A stretch of 64,000 bases of DNA from a virus (lineage: Duplodnaviria > Caudoviricetes). The stretch lies in IMG/VR virus record IMGVR_UViG_3300035501_000922; one strand, written 5' to 3'. Position numbers and translations under genes: made by a program. The notes under the pieces were generated by a model. The model saw nothing but the letters and a program-made list of their open reading frames with translations, ran no database searches and had not been told where the DNA came from. Below are positions 18,044-28,841 of this stretch, piece after piece; within the stretch, counting starts at the first letter, position 1, and every line of letters starts with the position of its first letter.

Positions 18044-19183
18044 TTAAAATTTACCCGCAAGAAAAGAGCCTGCAGATTTATTAACAGAATTAAAATGCTT
18101 TGATTGTCTCTCCATGGACTTAGCTTCAGATTTTTCGTATTTATTATTTTTCATTTTCCATTTTTCAACTCGTTGTTGATACTGCTCTGTCGTTTCTCCA
18201 TCATTGTGCACGGGATAGTTTTTTTGGTGCTTAACGTATTTATCGTTACGTGAAAAGATATTACGTACACCATGTTTAGCACTTCCCTTTACAGCACTAC
18301 CTACAGCATCCTTAGCAATATCTTTTGCACTATCAATTACTGTATCACGAAGTGCTTGATTATGTAATGCTTGCTTTGTAAGGCCCCTCGCATTTTTAGA
18401 AAATAATTTGCCTTTAGTGATGTCATTTATAGCATCAATTTCAGCTTTAAGACACTGTGAAAAAGAATTAAATTTTTCTTTTCTCAAGCGAATAAGCCAA
18501 CCGTAAAGTTTCGATTCACTTGAATAACGTTTAATGTCTTTTTGAAAATGTTTTGCTTGTGCTTCACCCATAGCATCTTGAAGTGCATCTAAAGCAGCAT
18601 TGTCTTTTTGAAGTTCACCATGAAGTATCTGTGCAAATTCTCTATTTGATACTGCACCTTTCAACAGTAAATCTGCTGAAACTGCTGATGCAACGCCCAT
18701 GGCTCCTTTTTTAAAAAATGATGAAATTTTATTTATTAAATCTTCGACAGGTGTATTTTCATTAGCTTTTACTTCACGAATTCTTGCTTCCGTTTCGTTA
18801 ATTAATTTATCATATTGTGCATTAATAGCTCTAAAATCCCTGATAGTAACTTTTTTATTTTTTAAAGATGGGTCTTGTTTGCAAGCAGCTTTAAATCTTT
18901 CAAAGGCTTCTCTTTCTTTTTCATCCATCCTTAACTCAGTAATAAAATTCTTGATGGTCTCAATTACATTATGGATCATTGCTTTTAATGATTTGATTAC
19001 TTTCATAAAAGCGTTGTCACCTTTTTTAACAGCCTTAGTATTATCATTTGCTTGCTGCTGAACTTTAGGATTCCCATCTTCAAATATCATTTGATACTCT
19101 GAGATGGGAACATATTGATTATATGCTTCTTCCATTTCTTTCAATCCATCTACAAATTCTCTATAAAGAATAGCATCGGTCAT
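18044..19183 (-). CDS. Putative internal head/virion protein
   Basis: RBS gaaagga; acidic leader, amphipathic helix, and CKQDPSLKNKKV motif shared with 19261..20889 (CETNPKLKSSKI). Confidence 0.6.
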   Translation of the reverse strand: MTDAILYREFVDGLKEMEEAYNQYVPISEYQMIFEDGNPKVQQQANDNTKAVKKGDNAFMKVIKSLKAMIHNVIETIKNFITELRMDEKEREAFERFKAACKQDPSLKNKKVTIRDFRAINAQYDKLINETEARIREVKANENTPVEDLINKISSFFKKGAMGVASAVSADLLLKGAVSNREFAQILHGELQKDNAALDALQDAMGEAQAKHFQKDIKRYSSESKLYGWLIRLRKEKFNSFSQCLKAEIDAINDITKGKLFSKNARGLTKQALHNQALRDTVIDSAKDIAKDAVGSAVKGSAKHGVRNIFSRNDKYVKHQKNYPVHNDGETTEQYQQRVEKWKMKNNKYEKSEAKSMERQSKHFNSVNKSAGSFLAGKF

Positions 19184-19260
19184 ATTTTTCATTCCTTTCA
19201 TAAAAAATAATAGGGGTGGGATTTTGTTTACCCCACCCCTAAGAGGAGAATCATTATGAA

Positions 19261-20889
19261 TTACTCAGAAAAAATTGATCTTTCAAGATTTTCCAAATAC
19301 TCATCAACTGACTCTGTTGTGTATGATGACGAATCTTCATCAATAATTTCATTCATTGATTCGAGCAATTCATCAATATCATCATATTCATCATATGAAT
19401 TTGAATCTGACTCGCTTAAAACTTCTGACTCAAGATCAGCAAGAATGTCGTCTACAGATTCAGTAGTCGTTTCATCAAGAGAAGCTTCCATTTTATCGAG
19501 CGTCTTGTTCATTACACTGATGGCTGTAATAGTTCTGTTGCGAATCATATTAAATGTAGATGCTGATATATTATCTTCTTTAATATCTTTAATAATACCA
19601 GTTAAAAATTCTACAATTCGTTTAATTTCAAGAGCAAAACCTGCAATACCAAATGTTGCTGCTATAGGTATAAACCAAACAATAGAATCTCGTATGCCTA
19701 AAACAATATATGCTAACACTGCAGAACCAATAGAGGGTTCAACTAAATCAATTGTGTCTGAAGCTTTATCAAGGGCTTTACGTGCGTTGTTAATCTCTTT
19801 TTTAGCTTCATTTTTTTTTCCTTCATTTTTATATACTTTAGCTTTTTTTACTGATTCTTTAAATTCTTTTCTCGCTTCTTTAAACGCTGATTTAAACTCC
19901 TTATTTGCACCTTCAGTAAGCACATCTCCTTCAATGTCAGTAAACATTGCATCAAGTAATGCATCAGATTCAATCATTACATCTGCATCATCATAGTCTT
20001 CAGTTGACTCACCGAATACTTCTGTTGATAATGCAGTGTTATACACATCACTTAAATCATCAGGAGACTCCTTAACCTCAAGATTTTCTGATACAACTTG
20101 TCCTTTAATTTTTCCAAAAAGAGTTTTTGTACCATCTACAATTGTCGCAACTTTTTCCTTTGTAAGGGTGAGTTTTGATAACTTGATTTGTTGAATGTTT
20201 CTTAAAACTTCATCATCAACATGATCAGGAATCTCAACATCTTTAGCTTCTTTTTTTGCATCACTAATTGATTTACCATTATCAAGTTCAGATACATATT
20301 TTTTAAATAAAGCAATTGCCGCTCCAACCGTAAGTGTTACCGCTGCTGTTGCAGCAATAATCTTTGTTCTTTTCTTTTGTGTTTCTTCTGTGATATTATT
20401 AATATCTTCAGAATCAGATTCTGATGTATGACCGGCTTTGATCTTAGCTTGCTTAGCATCAAGCTTATCCATACCTTCCTGTATGCATTTGCAATCTTTT
20501 TCAATATCATACATTGTAATCTTAGAACTCTTTAATTTGGGATTTGTTTCACACATTTTCTCCATCTTATCAATGGTATCTTTTGTTTTTTTACTAGCAA
20601 AAGTACTCTTAACTTTAGTTACTACATTATCGAGGAATTCCATTAAAGCATTAATAGCCTTTTGAATAGTTTTCTTAATTCTCTGAATGAGACCCTCCGT
20701 GGCAGCTTCTACTAATACATCGTAATCGGACTGAGTACCTGATTCCTTAATAACCTTAAGTTCAGCTTCTTTACAATTTATACCAAATTCTCTATAACTG
20801 GATTCGGAAAAAATGAGACACTTCTGCATTATCATATCACAGTCAATACTATCTTGTATAAGAGAATTTATTGTTTCTGTAAAAGTCAT
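19261..20889 (-). CDS. Putative internal head/virion protein
   Basis: KEAELKVIKESGT motif shared with 20921..22138; many ES/TEG sites. Confidence 0.62.
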   Translation of the reverse strand: MTFTETINSLIQDSIDCDMIMQKCLIFSESSYREFGINCKEAELKVIKESGTQSDYDVLVEAATEGLIQRIKKTIQKAINALMEFLDNVVTKVKSTFASKKTKDTIDKMEKMCETNPKLKSSKITMYDIEKDCKCIQEGMDKLDAKQAKIKAGHTSESDSEDINNITEETQKKRTKIIAATAAVTLTVGAAIALFKKYVSELDNGKSISDAKKEAKDVEIPDHVDDEVLRNIQQIKLSKLTLTKEKVATIVDGTKTLFGKIKGQVVSENLEVKESPDDLSDVYNTALSTEVFGESTEDYDDADVMIESDALLDAMFTDIEGDVLTEGANKEFKSAFKEARKEFKESVKKAKVYKNEGKKNEAKKEINNARKALDKASDTIDLVEPSIGSAVLAYIVLGIRDSIVWFIPIAATFGIAGFALEIKRIVEFLTGIIKDIKEDNISASTFNMIRNRTITAISVMNKTLDKMEASLDETTTESVDDILADLESEVLSESDSNSYDEYDDIDELLESMNEIIDEDSSSYTTESVDEYLENLERSIFSE

Positions 20890-20920
20890 AATTATTCACT
20901 CCTTTATTTTTATGTGTATA

Positions 20921-22138
20921 TTACAGACTATTAAACATGTCTGCTAATACAGATAATTCATAATCTTCATCTTTATTATTATATGACTCAATGAATGCAG
21001 ACATATCTGTACCAAATATAATATCGCTACCCATTGATTCATTAACATTAAAGGTTGTTCCATAAGTTTTTTGATATTCTTTTTGTAGACTGTCTAACTG
21101 TTTCTTCAGATTTTTTTGTTTTTTACCTGAGGATGACTTTATTCGTTGTGCAATTGCTTTCATTTGAGCTTCCATTGCAGATTTCTCATTATCAGCATTG
21201 CCGTTATTATTATTATTGGTATTATTATCAGCATTGCCGTTATTATTATTATTGGTATTATTATCAGCATTGCCGTTATTATTATTATTGGTATTATTAT
21301 CAGCATTGCCGTTATTATTATCGTCTTGCTGTTTTTTACCCTTTATTTTTAATTTTTTCTTTGCATTATCGACTTTTTCACCAAGTACAGTGCCCATATT
21401 TGATACCCATTTGTTAATGGGATTTAAAAATTTATTCTTAAAATCTGTCATAAAACCATTGGATTCACCTTCATCACTATCCTTTTTCTGGTGATTTTCA
21501 GGTTTAAGCCAATTAAGAAATTTGTCACTTATTTCCTTGAATCTAGCCTGTGCTTCGTCTCTAACTCGTTTAACATTCTCTATCATTTTATTTGCATCTA
21601 AACGCTTTATCTTTTGTGTAGCCACAACAGCAGTAGCTCCCCCCACTGCTACAAAAGTGGGCCATTTAATACCATCAAAAAGTTGCTTTATACCATTGGC
21701 AAAATTTCCACTCGCAATACTACTAATTCCGCTTTTAACATTATCCCAACCATTAACTATGGCATTATGATTTTCAACTATATTTTTATCAATTTCAATT
21801 TCATCTTCAGGGTTTCCTTGTATATTAAAAAGCTTCTTAATACCTTCTCCAATGGAATTAAAAATTCTAAGAATAACACCGATGATTTTTTGAAAAATAT
21901 TTTGTTTTTGTTCAGCAGCCTGATTTTCAGCCTCTTCACATAAATATTGTAAATCGTCGTATGTTCCAGATTCTCTGAATACCTTAAGTTCAGCATCCTT
22001 TATGTTCTGTTCGAGACGCATATTAACCATTTCAAGCATTAAGTTTAATTTGCTGAATTGATTTTCAATTTCAGCTTCCTCTATAGCTTCTGTTCGTTCG
22101 TTACCTGTTAAGTATGAATTATAAATTGTAGTAGACAC
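20921..22138 (-). CDS. Putative internal head/virion protein
   Basis: KDAELKVFRESGT motif; Asn-rich repeat. Confidence 0.62.
   Translation of the reverse strand: MSTTIYNSYLTGNERTEAIEEAEIENQFSKLNLMLEMVNMRLEQNIKDAELKVFRESGTYDDLQYLCEEAENQAAEQKQNIFQKIIGVILRIFNSIGEGIKKLFNIQGNPEDEIEIDKNIVENHNAIVNGWDNVKSGISSIASGNFANGIKQLFDGIKWPTFVAVGGATAVVATQKIKRLDANKMIENVKRVRDEAQARFKEISDKFLNWLKPENHQKKDSDEGESNGFMTDFKNKFLNPINKWVSNMGTVLGEKVDNAKKKLKIKGKKQQDDNNNGNADNNTNNNNNGNADNNTNNNNNGNADNNTNNNNNGNADNEKSAMEAQMKAIAQRIKSSSGKKQKNLKKQLDSLQKEYQKTYGTTFNVNESMGSDIIFGTDMSAFIESYNNKDEDYELSVLADMFNSL
21189..21321 (-). repeat. 36-bp (12-aa, NNNNGNADNNTN) perfect tandem repeat, ~3.7 copies
   Basis: ttatcagcattgccgttattattattattggtatta starting at 21189, 21225, 21261 and (partial) 21297. 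Confidence 0.9.
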
Positions 22139-22155
22139 TTTACAGTTCCTCCTTT

Positions 22156-22962
22156 TTACTTTTTTTGAAATTTAGACATTTTTGAAAAAAATTTAGTTCC
22201 ACTGTTTGCTGATTTTGATACCAATTTTTGCATTGTTCCAAGAATTTGAGATATCTGCCTTTCCGCATCGGCGGCTAAATTGGATAATGCAAGTTTTTTA
22301 GGACTATCCGCATATTTTTTTTCTCTTTCATGTAATTTTTTTTTATATCTTTCTTCTTTATTATCCTTAATGACTTTTTTTCTTAGCTCATTGCCAGTTG
22401 TTTCAACGATATTAAAATTATCTTCTATGCTTTTTTGTATCTCCTTACCAATAACAAGCGATGCACCTGCCTTGATTACAGCCCCACCATATTTATTTAC
22501 TATTTTAGCACACCTATCTACAAATGCAGCAATTAAGTGATCATCTATATGTGTGCCTTTGGATACTAGTTGTATCATTTTTCTTCCTTTGAGAAGTTCC
22601 TCATGTATTTCAGCATTAATTTTCCTTGTATCTTCGTCAAATCTAATAATTGCATTAGAACTTTGAAAATACTCTTCCGCTGTAATATTTTCACGAAAGC
22701 CGAAAGTATCTCTAACTGCTGTAATGAAATTTGTAACCACTCTTTTTGTGGCTTGTACAATTCTATTAATTAAATCGAGGAATTTATTTCCAGATGTTTT
22801 TTCTGCACCTTTAACTACCTCTTCGTCAGCTTCAGTAAAAATAGATAAAGATAATATTGCAGATTCATTACAAAAATCATGTACTGCTCTGTCTATATCT
22901 AAATCCGTTTCTGCATACATTATATATGCCTCTCTTTCAAATGGTGTAGCAAAACTCTGCAT
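22156..22962 (-). CDS. Putative internal head/virion protein
   Basis: Acidic leader with NES/TEA, then the KFLDLINRIV helix. Confidence 0.55.
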   Translation of the reverse strand: MQSFATPFEREAYIMYAETDLDIDRAVHDFCNESAILSLSIFTEADEEVVKGAEKTSGNKFLDLINRIVQATKRVVTNFITAVRDTFGFRENITAEEYFQSSNAIIRFDEDTRKINAEIHEELLKGRKMIQLVSKGTHIDDHLIAAFVDRCAKIVNKYGGAVIKAGASLVIGKEIQKSIEDNFNIVETTGNELRKKVIKDNKEERYKKKLHEREKKYADSPKKLALSNLAADAERQISQILGTMQKLVSKSANSGTKFFSKMSKFQKK

Positions 22963-23002
22963 AAATTCTCAGCTCCTTTCATTATAGTATAAATGATTCA
23001 TT

Positions 23003-23014
23003 TATAGTTATGTT
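23003..23014 (-). promoter_or_regulatory. Late-type promoter AACA-N6-TA
   Basis: aaca-taacta-ta upstream of 22962. Confidence 0.7.
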
Positions 23015-23068
23015 TTTCAAAAATATTGATACACACAGTAAGAAAAACTGTGTGTATCAAATTATTTT

Positions 23069-23752
23069 TCATGTTTTTTCATTTGGTATTACCTGTATGT
23101 TAGATACACAAATATATGAAATAACCATACATTTAATCATATCGTTCATCACAACTGCAGAACTATATGAAGATGTGCAGTTTTCAATTAATGAAATTAA
23201 TTTATTTAACGATAATAAAAATGTGTGATAGCATTCATCAATAATTTCTATTAATTCATCACCAGTTACTTCCATATTTGAAGCATCGTTAACTTTTGAA
23301 TAGTACTTATTTTCATATTTATCAAATATATTTTTAAAGTTAAATACACTATAACTACTATCATCTTTTTTAGCAGTATAGTTACTTTGACTTATTTTTT
23401 CATAATCCATGTTTTGATACTTATCATTAAAATAAGTGTATAAACTAACTGGTATACAATAAGTAAGACCATCGTTTTTGTGTATTTTTACTATGAGGTT
23501 ATCGTATTTCTGCACCAGTATATTCCTAATATCAAGTGCAATACGTAACATTTTATTCCTCATAATTTCATCAGATTCACAAATTAAAAATCCCATAATC
23601 TTATCATTAAAATGAAAATTTTGTTTAGGATTAGCATTATCATTGAGACTTACCAAAAGTGTATCAGTATATTTCTGAAGTTTAAATATAATATTTTTGA
23701 TACTATCAAAATAATTACCAGTTATTTCTTTAAGAAATTTATCATTACTCAT
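23069..23752 (-). CDS. Hypothetical protein
   Basis: ORF with RBS aaggtg in the late operon; terminator at ~23026-23060. Confidence 0.65.
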   Translation of the reverse strand: MSNDKFLKEITGNYFDSIKNIIFKLQKYTDTLLVSLNDNANPKQNFHFNDKIMGFLICESDEIMRNKMLRIALDIRNILVQKYDNLIVKIHKNDGLTYCIPVSLYTYFNDKYQNMDYEKISQSNYTAKKDDSSYSVFNFKNIFDKYENKYYSKVNDASNMEVTGDELIEIIDECYHTFLLSLNKLISLIENCTSSYSSAVVMNDMIKCMVISYICVSNIQVIPNEKT

Positions 23753-23763
23753 AAATATACACC

Positions 23764-24480
23764 TTACAGTAACTGGAACTTAACAGGTGCACTTGTATTA
23801 CTTTCGTTTTTAACTGCATCGTCAATCATTCCATATATATTTATAATTGTACTAATCATCTTATATGTATAGTATACAATTGACCTATAAAGTAAATGAA
23901 TACTTTGATTTATCAATTCGCTACTATTAGGATTCTCCACACCATTAACAACATCAGTTGCTCTCTTAATCGTATCATCAATACGATGAATAAAATCAAT
24001 CAATACTTCGATATTAAGGAGTGCATCTGATAGACTTTTTTCTTCAGCCTTATTATGTTCTCCACCAAAAATAGAATCAATAAACTCTTTGTCACGAGTA
24101 TTCGCTCGCTCTAAAGAATCTCTAAACTTACCATGCTTATCAATATTATCACAGTTATAATTTGCATCAGCAATAACTTCTGTAACAAAATCAACCATTC
24201 CTCTATTATATTCATTATAAATATCAGAGGCTCTGATTGTATCAATACACGTTATTGTAGCATCAGGGTTTTCATTCTTTCCTACTATCGCATATATATA
24301 CTTGATGTTATTTGCAGCACCATTATGCGAAAAGAAATCAGGAATAAACTTTTTATAATTAGTTAACTCATCAGCAAGTAAAGCTAATGTTTCTTTAGGT
24401 GTTCTATCACTGTTAACGTGATCCCCCTCATGAGATTTATAAATCTCATCTAATCTACTTGTAAATACATCAATGTTCAT
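23764..24480 (-). CDS. Hypothetical (probable virion) protein
   Basis: RBS aaggag; ATG at 24480. Confidence 0.65.
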   Translation of the reverse strand: MNIDVFTSRLDEIYKSHEGDHVNSDRTPKETLALLADELTNYKKFIPDFFSHNGAANNIKYIYAIVGKNENPDATITCIDTIRASDIYNEYNRGMVDFVTEVIADANYNCDNIDKHGKFRDSLERANTRDKEFIDSIFGGEHNKAEEKSLSDALLNIEVLIDFIHRIDDTIKRATDVVNGVENPNSSELINQSIHLLYRSIVYYTYKMISTIINIYGMIDDAVKNESNTSAPVKFQLL

Positions 24481-24493
24481 CTTTCTTCTCCTT

Positions 24494-25510
24494 TCACACC
24501 AGCTCAAAAGGAGAATTTGATACATCATCCTGAAGACTATTGATGGAAAGCAATTTATTACTTTCATTGAGTTCCTTTTTAGAACTGTGTATTGATTTAG
24601 CATTTTTAACTTTTAAAAAGTCGGCAAGTTTAAGTAACCGATTCTTAATCTTAGTTTGCTTCTCTAAAACTTTCTTCTTTTTATCGGCAGTTAACGAATC
24701 GTTTGCATTAACACAAGCTGCATTCATTTCTAGGAATCCTGCTTGCATTTCTAATGACTTAGATAAGTCTCCCCTTAAATGATAAAAACGATAAATAAGT
24801 TCTCTTGTTATAGGTACAATAGCCATAGCTGCAATCGAAATTGCTGCCACGCCAACGACCATTTCTGCACCCATAAAATTATTTCTGCCTTTACTACATA
24901 AGCTTTCAAGCATCTTTCGATAATCTATACCCATTTTATCGTTGACGTTGTTAAACTTATTCAGTTGCTCAAAGTAGAATAAATCAGCTCTCATAACTGT
25001 ATTCTTTAAAGCAATTGTAAACGTAGCTTGGTCAGGTCTCTTAATGTACTCAATATACTCATATAACAGAGTGGTGGTTGCTTCAATACATGTATAAACG
25101 TATGTATTATATTCAAGCATTACATAATCATTGCGAGCCGTAAATCCTTTGCTGTATGTAGCTGAAAGATTCTCAATATTAGAAATTGCTTTCTGTATCG
25201 TATTAACATAACCAAGAACAGTTTTATTCTTCTGGTCAGTAGCCATATTAGCCATAACGGTTAATATTTCCTGCATGTTATTATATCCTTCATATGCTTT
25301 GATATTACCTGCAGATTTAGGAATACTGCCAAAGTCGATATGTTTTTTATCTATTACAGATTGAAATAATTTTTCTTGATATTTTTTAGTTACAGGTGAA
25401 TTAGCATCTTCAAGAACTGCTTGTATTTCATTGAATTCTTGACCATAATGCATCTTATCACGGTTTTGAACTAAAATATCAACTGATTCAAAAAGCGGAT
25501 TAAAACCCAT
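24494..25510 (-). CDS. Hypothetical jumbo-phage protein (probable virion)
   Basis: 338-aa ORF, RBS aggagg, in the late operon. Confidence 0.65.
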   Translation of the reverse strand: MGFNPLFESVDILVQNRDKMHYGQEFNEIQAVLEDANSPVTKKYQEKLFQSVIDKKHIDFGSIPKSAGNIKAYEGYNNMQEILTVMANMATDQKNKTVLGYVNTIQKAISNIENLSATYSKGFTARNDYVMLEYNTYVYTCIEATTTLLYEYIEYIKRPDQATFTIALKNTVMRADLFYFEQLNKFNNVNDKMGIDYRKMLESLCSKGRNNFMGAEMVVGVAAISIAAMAIVPITRELIYRFYHLRGDLSKSLEMQAGFLEMNAACVNANDSLTADKKKKVLEKQTKIKNRLLKLADFLKVKNAKSIHSSKKELNESNKLLSINSLQDDVSNSPFELV

Positions 25511-25543
25511 TTCTTATTCCTCCTTTACAAAAAATTTTTATAT

Positions 25544-26833
25544 TTAATGACTAATCATACGACCGATTTCTCTTCCAAGCTTGTTAGATGTAAGAGAGTT
25601 CTCTCTTTCAAGCGTTTCAAGAGAATATGTCTGATAAGCACTGTCACCATCATAAAGAATACTTATTGTACCCGTTGCCTCATCAATAATAACAAATGCT
25701 ACTAAGAAAAGATTACTCATTACTCTCTTAGCAATTGATGCATCTCTCACATTGATAGCCATATTATTTTCTAAATAATCGGCTTCATATGACGAAATAG
25801 CAATTGTTGCATTCGGAATAACCGCATGAGGTGTGGTTAAATCATGAAGACCAACTTTCTTCTTTTTTAATCTTCTTAATGTTGGGAACCATCTATTTCC
25901 CTTAACGTTGGCATCGAGCTTAATTTCATCAATATTTAAAATGATATTTTTAAATAAGGAAATTTCTCCAGATGTCCATCTTAATAATTTAAAAGCAAGA
26001 CTCTTATTTTGTAAAGCTCTCTGAATATTATTAATCATATCATCAGATTTAACTGGATGCATTATTGCTTTAACACCAATAACAAAATCAATATACTGGA
26101 AGAACTCATTCTTTTCATTTTTAGCAATAAGACGTACTTGAATGCCGAATGGTGTCATATCATTTGACTTCTTAACTTCACGGTCTAAGAGCTTTGGCGA
26201 CTCTCTCTTCTGAGTTTGGTTCATCATATCTTTTCGTTTATCATTTTCAACCTGATTAATCTTGCTATCAAGAAGGGAATTTGCTAAGTCATATGCGGTT
26301 GTAGCATCTGTGTCAGCTTCTGTAAATGGACGCATATCATAATCCGACATGTATGTATTAAGGTACTCTCTGTGACTTTCAAGCATTTCTCTAGAGCCTC
26401 TGTTTGCACCACTGATAAGCATGCCATAGGTTTTATTACGATTCATATATAACAGTGATTCACCGTTATATGCTTCTTCCACGCACTTTTCAAATGTTTC
26501 TCCATCATCTTCTGAAATATTTACAGACTCCAACTTCATATTCTGATGAAGTCGCTTAAGATATGACATAGGTGTAGGGTCTAATGACATATCCATGATT
26601 GGATGCATTGAAATCCATGTTTGAGTAAAATCTGCATAAACTCTATCTAATGTACGCACGAGCGTATTAGCTAAGTCTATGGGAATTGTGTCTGATATTA
26701 AACATGGAAATTGAAATGTTGCATCATTAGCACCTTTAATAATGGATTTAGTATTCATTTTAATAGAGTTTAACTGTGAAGAAACCTGTGGTCCTTTACG
26801 CAATAAACTCGTGATATCTTCTATCCATCCCAT
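25544..26833 (-). CDS. Hypothetical jumbo-phage protein (probable virion)
   Basis: 429-aa ORF, RBS aggagg, late promoter, LES/TEA sites. Confidence 0.65.
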   Translation of the reverse strand: MGWIEDITSLLRKGPQVSSQLNSIKMNTKSIIKGANDATFQFPCLISDTIPIDLANTLVRTLDRVYADFTQTWISMHPIMDMSLDPTPMSYLKRLHQNMKLESVNISEDDGETFEKCVEEAYNGESLLYMNRNKTYGMLISGANRGSREMLESHREYLNTYMSDYDMRPFTEADTDATTAYDLANSLLDSKINQVENDKRKDMMNQTQKRESPKLLDREVKKSNDMTPFGIQVRLIAKNEKNEFFQYIDFVIGVKAIMHPVKSDDMINNIQRALQNKSLAFKLLRWTSGEISLFKNIILNIDEIKLDANVKGNRWFPTLRRLKKKKVGLHDLTTPHAVIPNATIAISSYEADYLENNMAINVRDASIAKRVMSNLFLVAFVIIDEATGTISILYDGDSAYQTYSLETLERENSLTSNKLGREIGRMISH

Positions 26834-26881
26834 GTTCTAAACCTCCTTTATAAAATAAAATATTAATTAATGTCTGTTAAT

Positions 26882-26893
26882 TAATAATATGTT
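26882..26893 (-). promoter_or_regulatory. Late-type promoter AACA-N6-TA
   Basis: aaca-tattat-ta upstream of 26833. Confidence 0.7.
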
Positions 26894-26953
26894 TTTCATA
26901 GGTTTTTATAGTGTGAAGCACATAAAAATAATAAATTTTAGGGGGTAATTAAT

Positions 26954-27331
26954 ATGCCAACAGTAATAGTTGTTTTAGTATGTATTTTAGTTTTATCTTG
27001 TATTGCTTTATTTTGGGTAGTATTTTTCCAAGGTGCTAACGAAAGAGAAATTATAAAAACTGAGAGAATAACAGACTTAGTTTATGTTGCTAATGTAAGA
27101 CGTGAAAAAATTGCAAATAGTGACAAGTATATGCATTACACCAGAGTTGAATATAAAAATGCCATGTATACACTAAAAGGTATTGTTAATTATAATATTG
27201 CGTATAGACGCCAGTTAAGGAATGTGCATGCATTAATTGATAAAACCGTGTATAGTGATGGAATTGTTGAGTATCAAGTAGTTAAATTACTTCTTATTGA
27301 AGTTACGAAATCACAGGAGGTTAAAAAATGA
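26954..27331 (+). CDS. Small membrane-anchored protein
   Basis: N-terminal hydrophobic helix; overlaps the thyA start (ATGA). Confidence 0.65.
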   Translation: MPTVIVVLVCILVLSCIALFWVVFFQGANEREIIKTERITDLVYVANVRREKIANSDKYMHYTRVEYKNAMYTLKGIVNYNIAYRRQLRNVHALIDKTVYSDGIVEYQVVKLLLIEVTKSQEVKK

Positions 27332-28185
27332 GCTATGCAGACAAATTATTTGTTAATATGTGTAATGATATATTAACAAATGGTACAACGACAGAAGGTC
27401 AAGCTATACGTCCACATTGGGAAGATGGAACACCTGCTTATACAATAAAGAAGTTTGGTGTTGTGAATCGTTATGATTTACGAAAAGAATTTCCTGCAAT
27501 TACATTAAGACGTACTGCTATTAAAAGTGCCGTTGATGAAATCCTTTGGATTTATCAGAGAAAATCTAATAACGTCCATGATTTAAGATCTCATATATGG
27601 GATGAATGGGCTGATGAAAATGGTTCAATTGGTAAAGCATATGGTTATCAAGTTGGCTTAAAAAACATATACAGAAAAATTGATAACGAATTTACATATG
27701 TTGACCAGATGGAATCTGTATTGTATGATTTACAAAATGCTCCATTTGGAAGAAGAATCATGACGAATCTTATGAATTTTAATGATTTACATGAAATGAA
27801 TCTTCAACCGTGTGCATGGTCATGTACATTCAATGTTACAAGTGAAGATGGTAACTTAGTTTTAAACATGATTCTCAATCAAAGGTCGCAAGATGTTCTT
27901 GCGGCTAACAACTGGAATGTTGTACAGTATGCAGCATTATTAATGATGGTAGCACAAGTTTCTAAGATGATTCCCGGAGAACTTGTACATGTTATTGCTG
28001 ATGCGCATATATACGACAGACATGTACCATTAATAAAAGAACTAATTGGTAGACCTCAGTATAAAGCACCAACTGTTTTAATTGATACTGGGGTACAAAA
28101 CTTTAATGACTTCACCCCGGAGTCATTTTTAGTTACTAATTATGAATATGGTGAGCAACTTGAAAATATTCCAATTGCAATTTGA
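27328..28185 (+). CDS. thyA: Thymidylate synthase
   Basis: IWDEWAD, GKAYG, RR, LQPC (catalytic Cys), QRSQD, WNVVQY (dUMP-specifying Asn) and HIYDRH. Confidence 0.96.
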   Translation: MSYADKLFVNMCNDILTNGTTTEGQAIRPHWEDGTPAYTIKKFGVVNRYDLRKEFPAITLRRTAIKSAVDEILWIYQRKSNNVHDLRSHIWDEWADENGSIGKAYGYQVGLKNIYRKIDNEFTYVDQMESVLYDLQNAPFGRRIMTNLMNFNDLHEMNLQPCAWSCTFNVTSEDGNLVLNMILNQRSQDVLAANNWNVVQYAALLMMVAQVSKMIPGELVHVIADAHIYDRHVPLIKELIGRPQYKAPTVLIDTGVQNFNDFTPESFLVTNYEYGEQLENIPIAI

Positions 28186-28200
28186 ATGGAGGAGTTTAAA

Positions 28201-28797
28201 ATGAAATTAATTGCTTGTGTAGATTTAGACTTTAATATAGGTTATCAGAATCAGTTACTGTTTCATATACCAGAAGATATGAAACGATTTCGTGATTATA
28301 CAAATGGAAATATAGTTGTTATGGGTGGTAAGACATTTGAAAGTATTGGTCATCCTTTAAAGAATAGAACCAATATAATCATTTCTCATGAACCATCCAA
28401 ATATCAATTAGATGTAATTAATGATGTAATGCCCATGACAATGGAAACTTTCATTAATGAATATTATTTTTCTCGCTCTTCATTTACAAAAGAAAAAATA
28501 TATGTAATTGGTGGTGCTGAGATTTATAATTCATTATTACCAATGTGTGATACTCTTATATTAACTAGGGTAAATACAGTTGCAGAAAACACAGATAGTT
28601 ATATTAAGAATCTGGTTTACGACTATGGTACTGATATATCTAGCTCTAATATGAAGTTAACATACCATGATTCTGATAAAACCATTGCGTATGAATTAAT
28701 AGAATCAGAACTAGGTAGATACTCTATTGATGCTAATGAATATTATGATTTTCTTACGTATAAACTAATGGATTATAACATAAAAGATGCAAATTAA
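28201..28797 (+). CDS. folA: Dihydrofolate reductase
   Basis: IGYQNQL...PEDMKRF, VVMGGKTFESI, PLKNRTNII and IGGAEIY motifs. Confidence 0.93.
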   Translation: MKLIACVDLDFNIGYQNQLLFHIPEDMKRFRDYTNGNIVVMGGKTFESIGHPLKNRTNIIISHEPSKYQLDVINDVMPMTMETFINEYYFSRSSFTKEKIYVIGGAEIYNSLLPMCDTLILTRVNTVAENTDSYIKNLVYDYGTDISSSNMKLTYHDSDKTIAYELIESELGRYSIDANEYYDFLTYKLMDYNIKDAN

Positions 28798-28801
28798 AAA
28801 A

Positions 28802-28837
28802 AAAATGAGTATATGGAAAATTCCATATACTCATTTT
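28802..28837. terminator. Bidirectional terminator
   Basis: aaaatgagtatatggaa...ttccatatactcatttt between convergent genes. Confidence 0.75.
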
Positions 28838-28841
28838 AAAT

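Noticed and set aside
27328-28185. DNA base-modifying dCMP hydroxymethylase
   Set aside because: It retains the dUMP-specifying Asn and is coupled to DHFR, as expected for a canonical ThyA.
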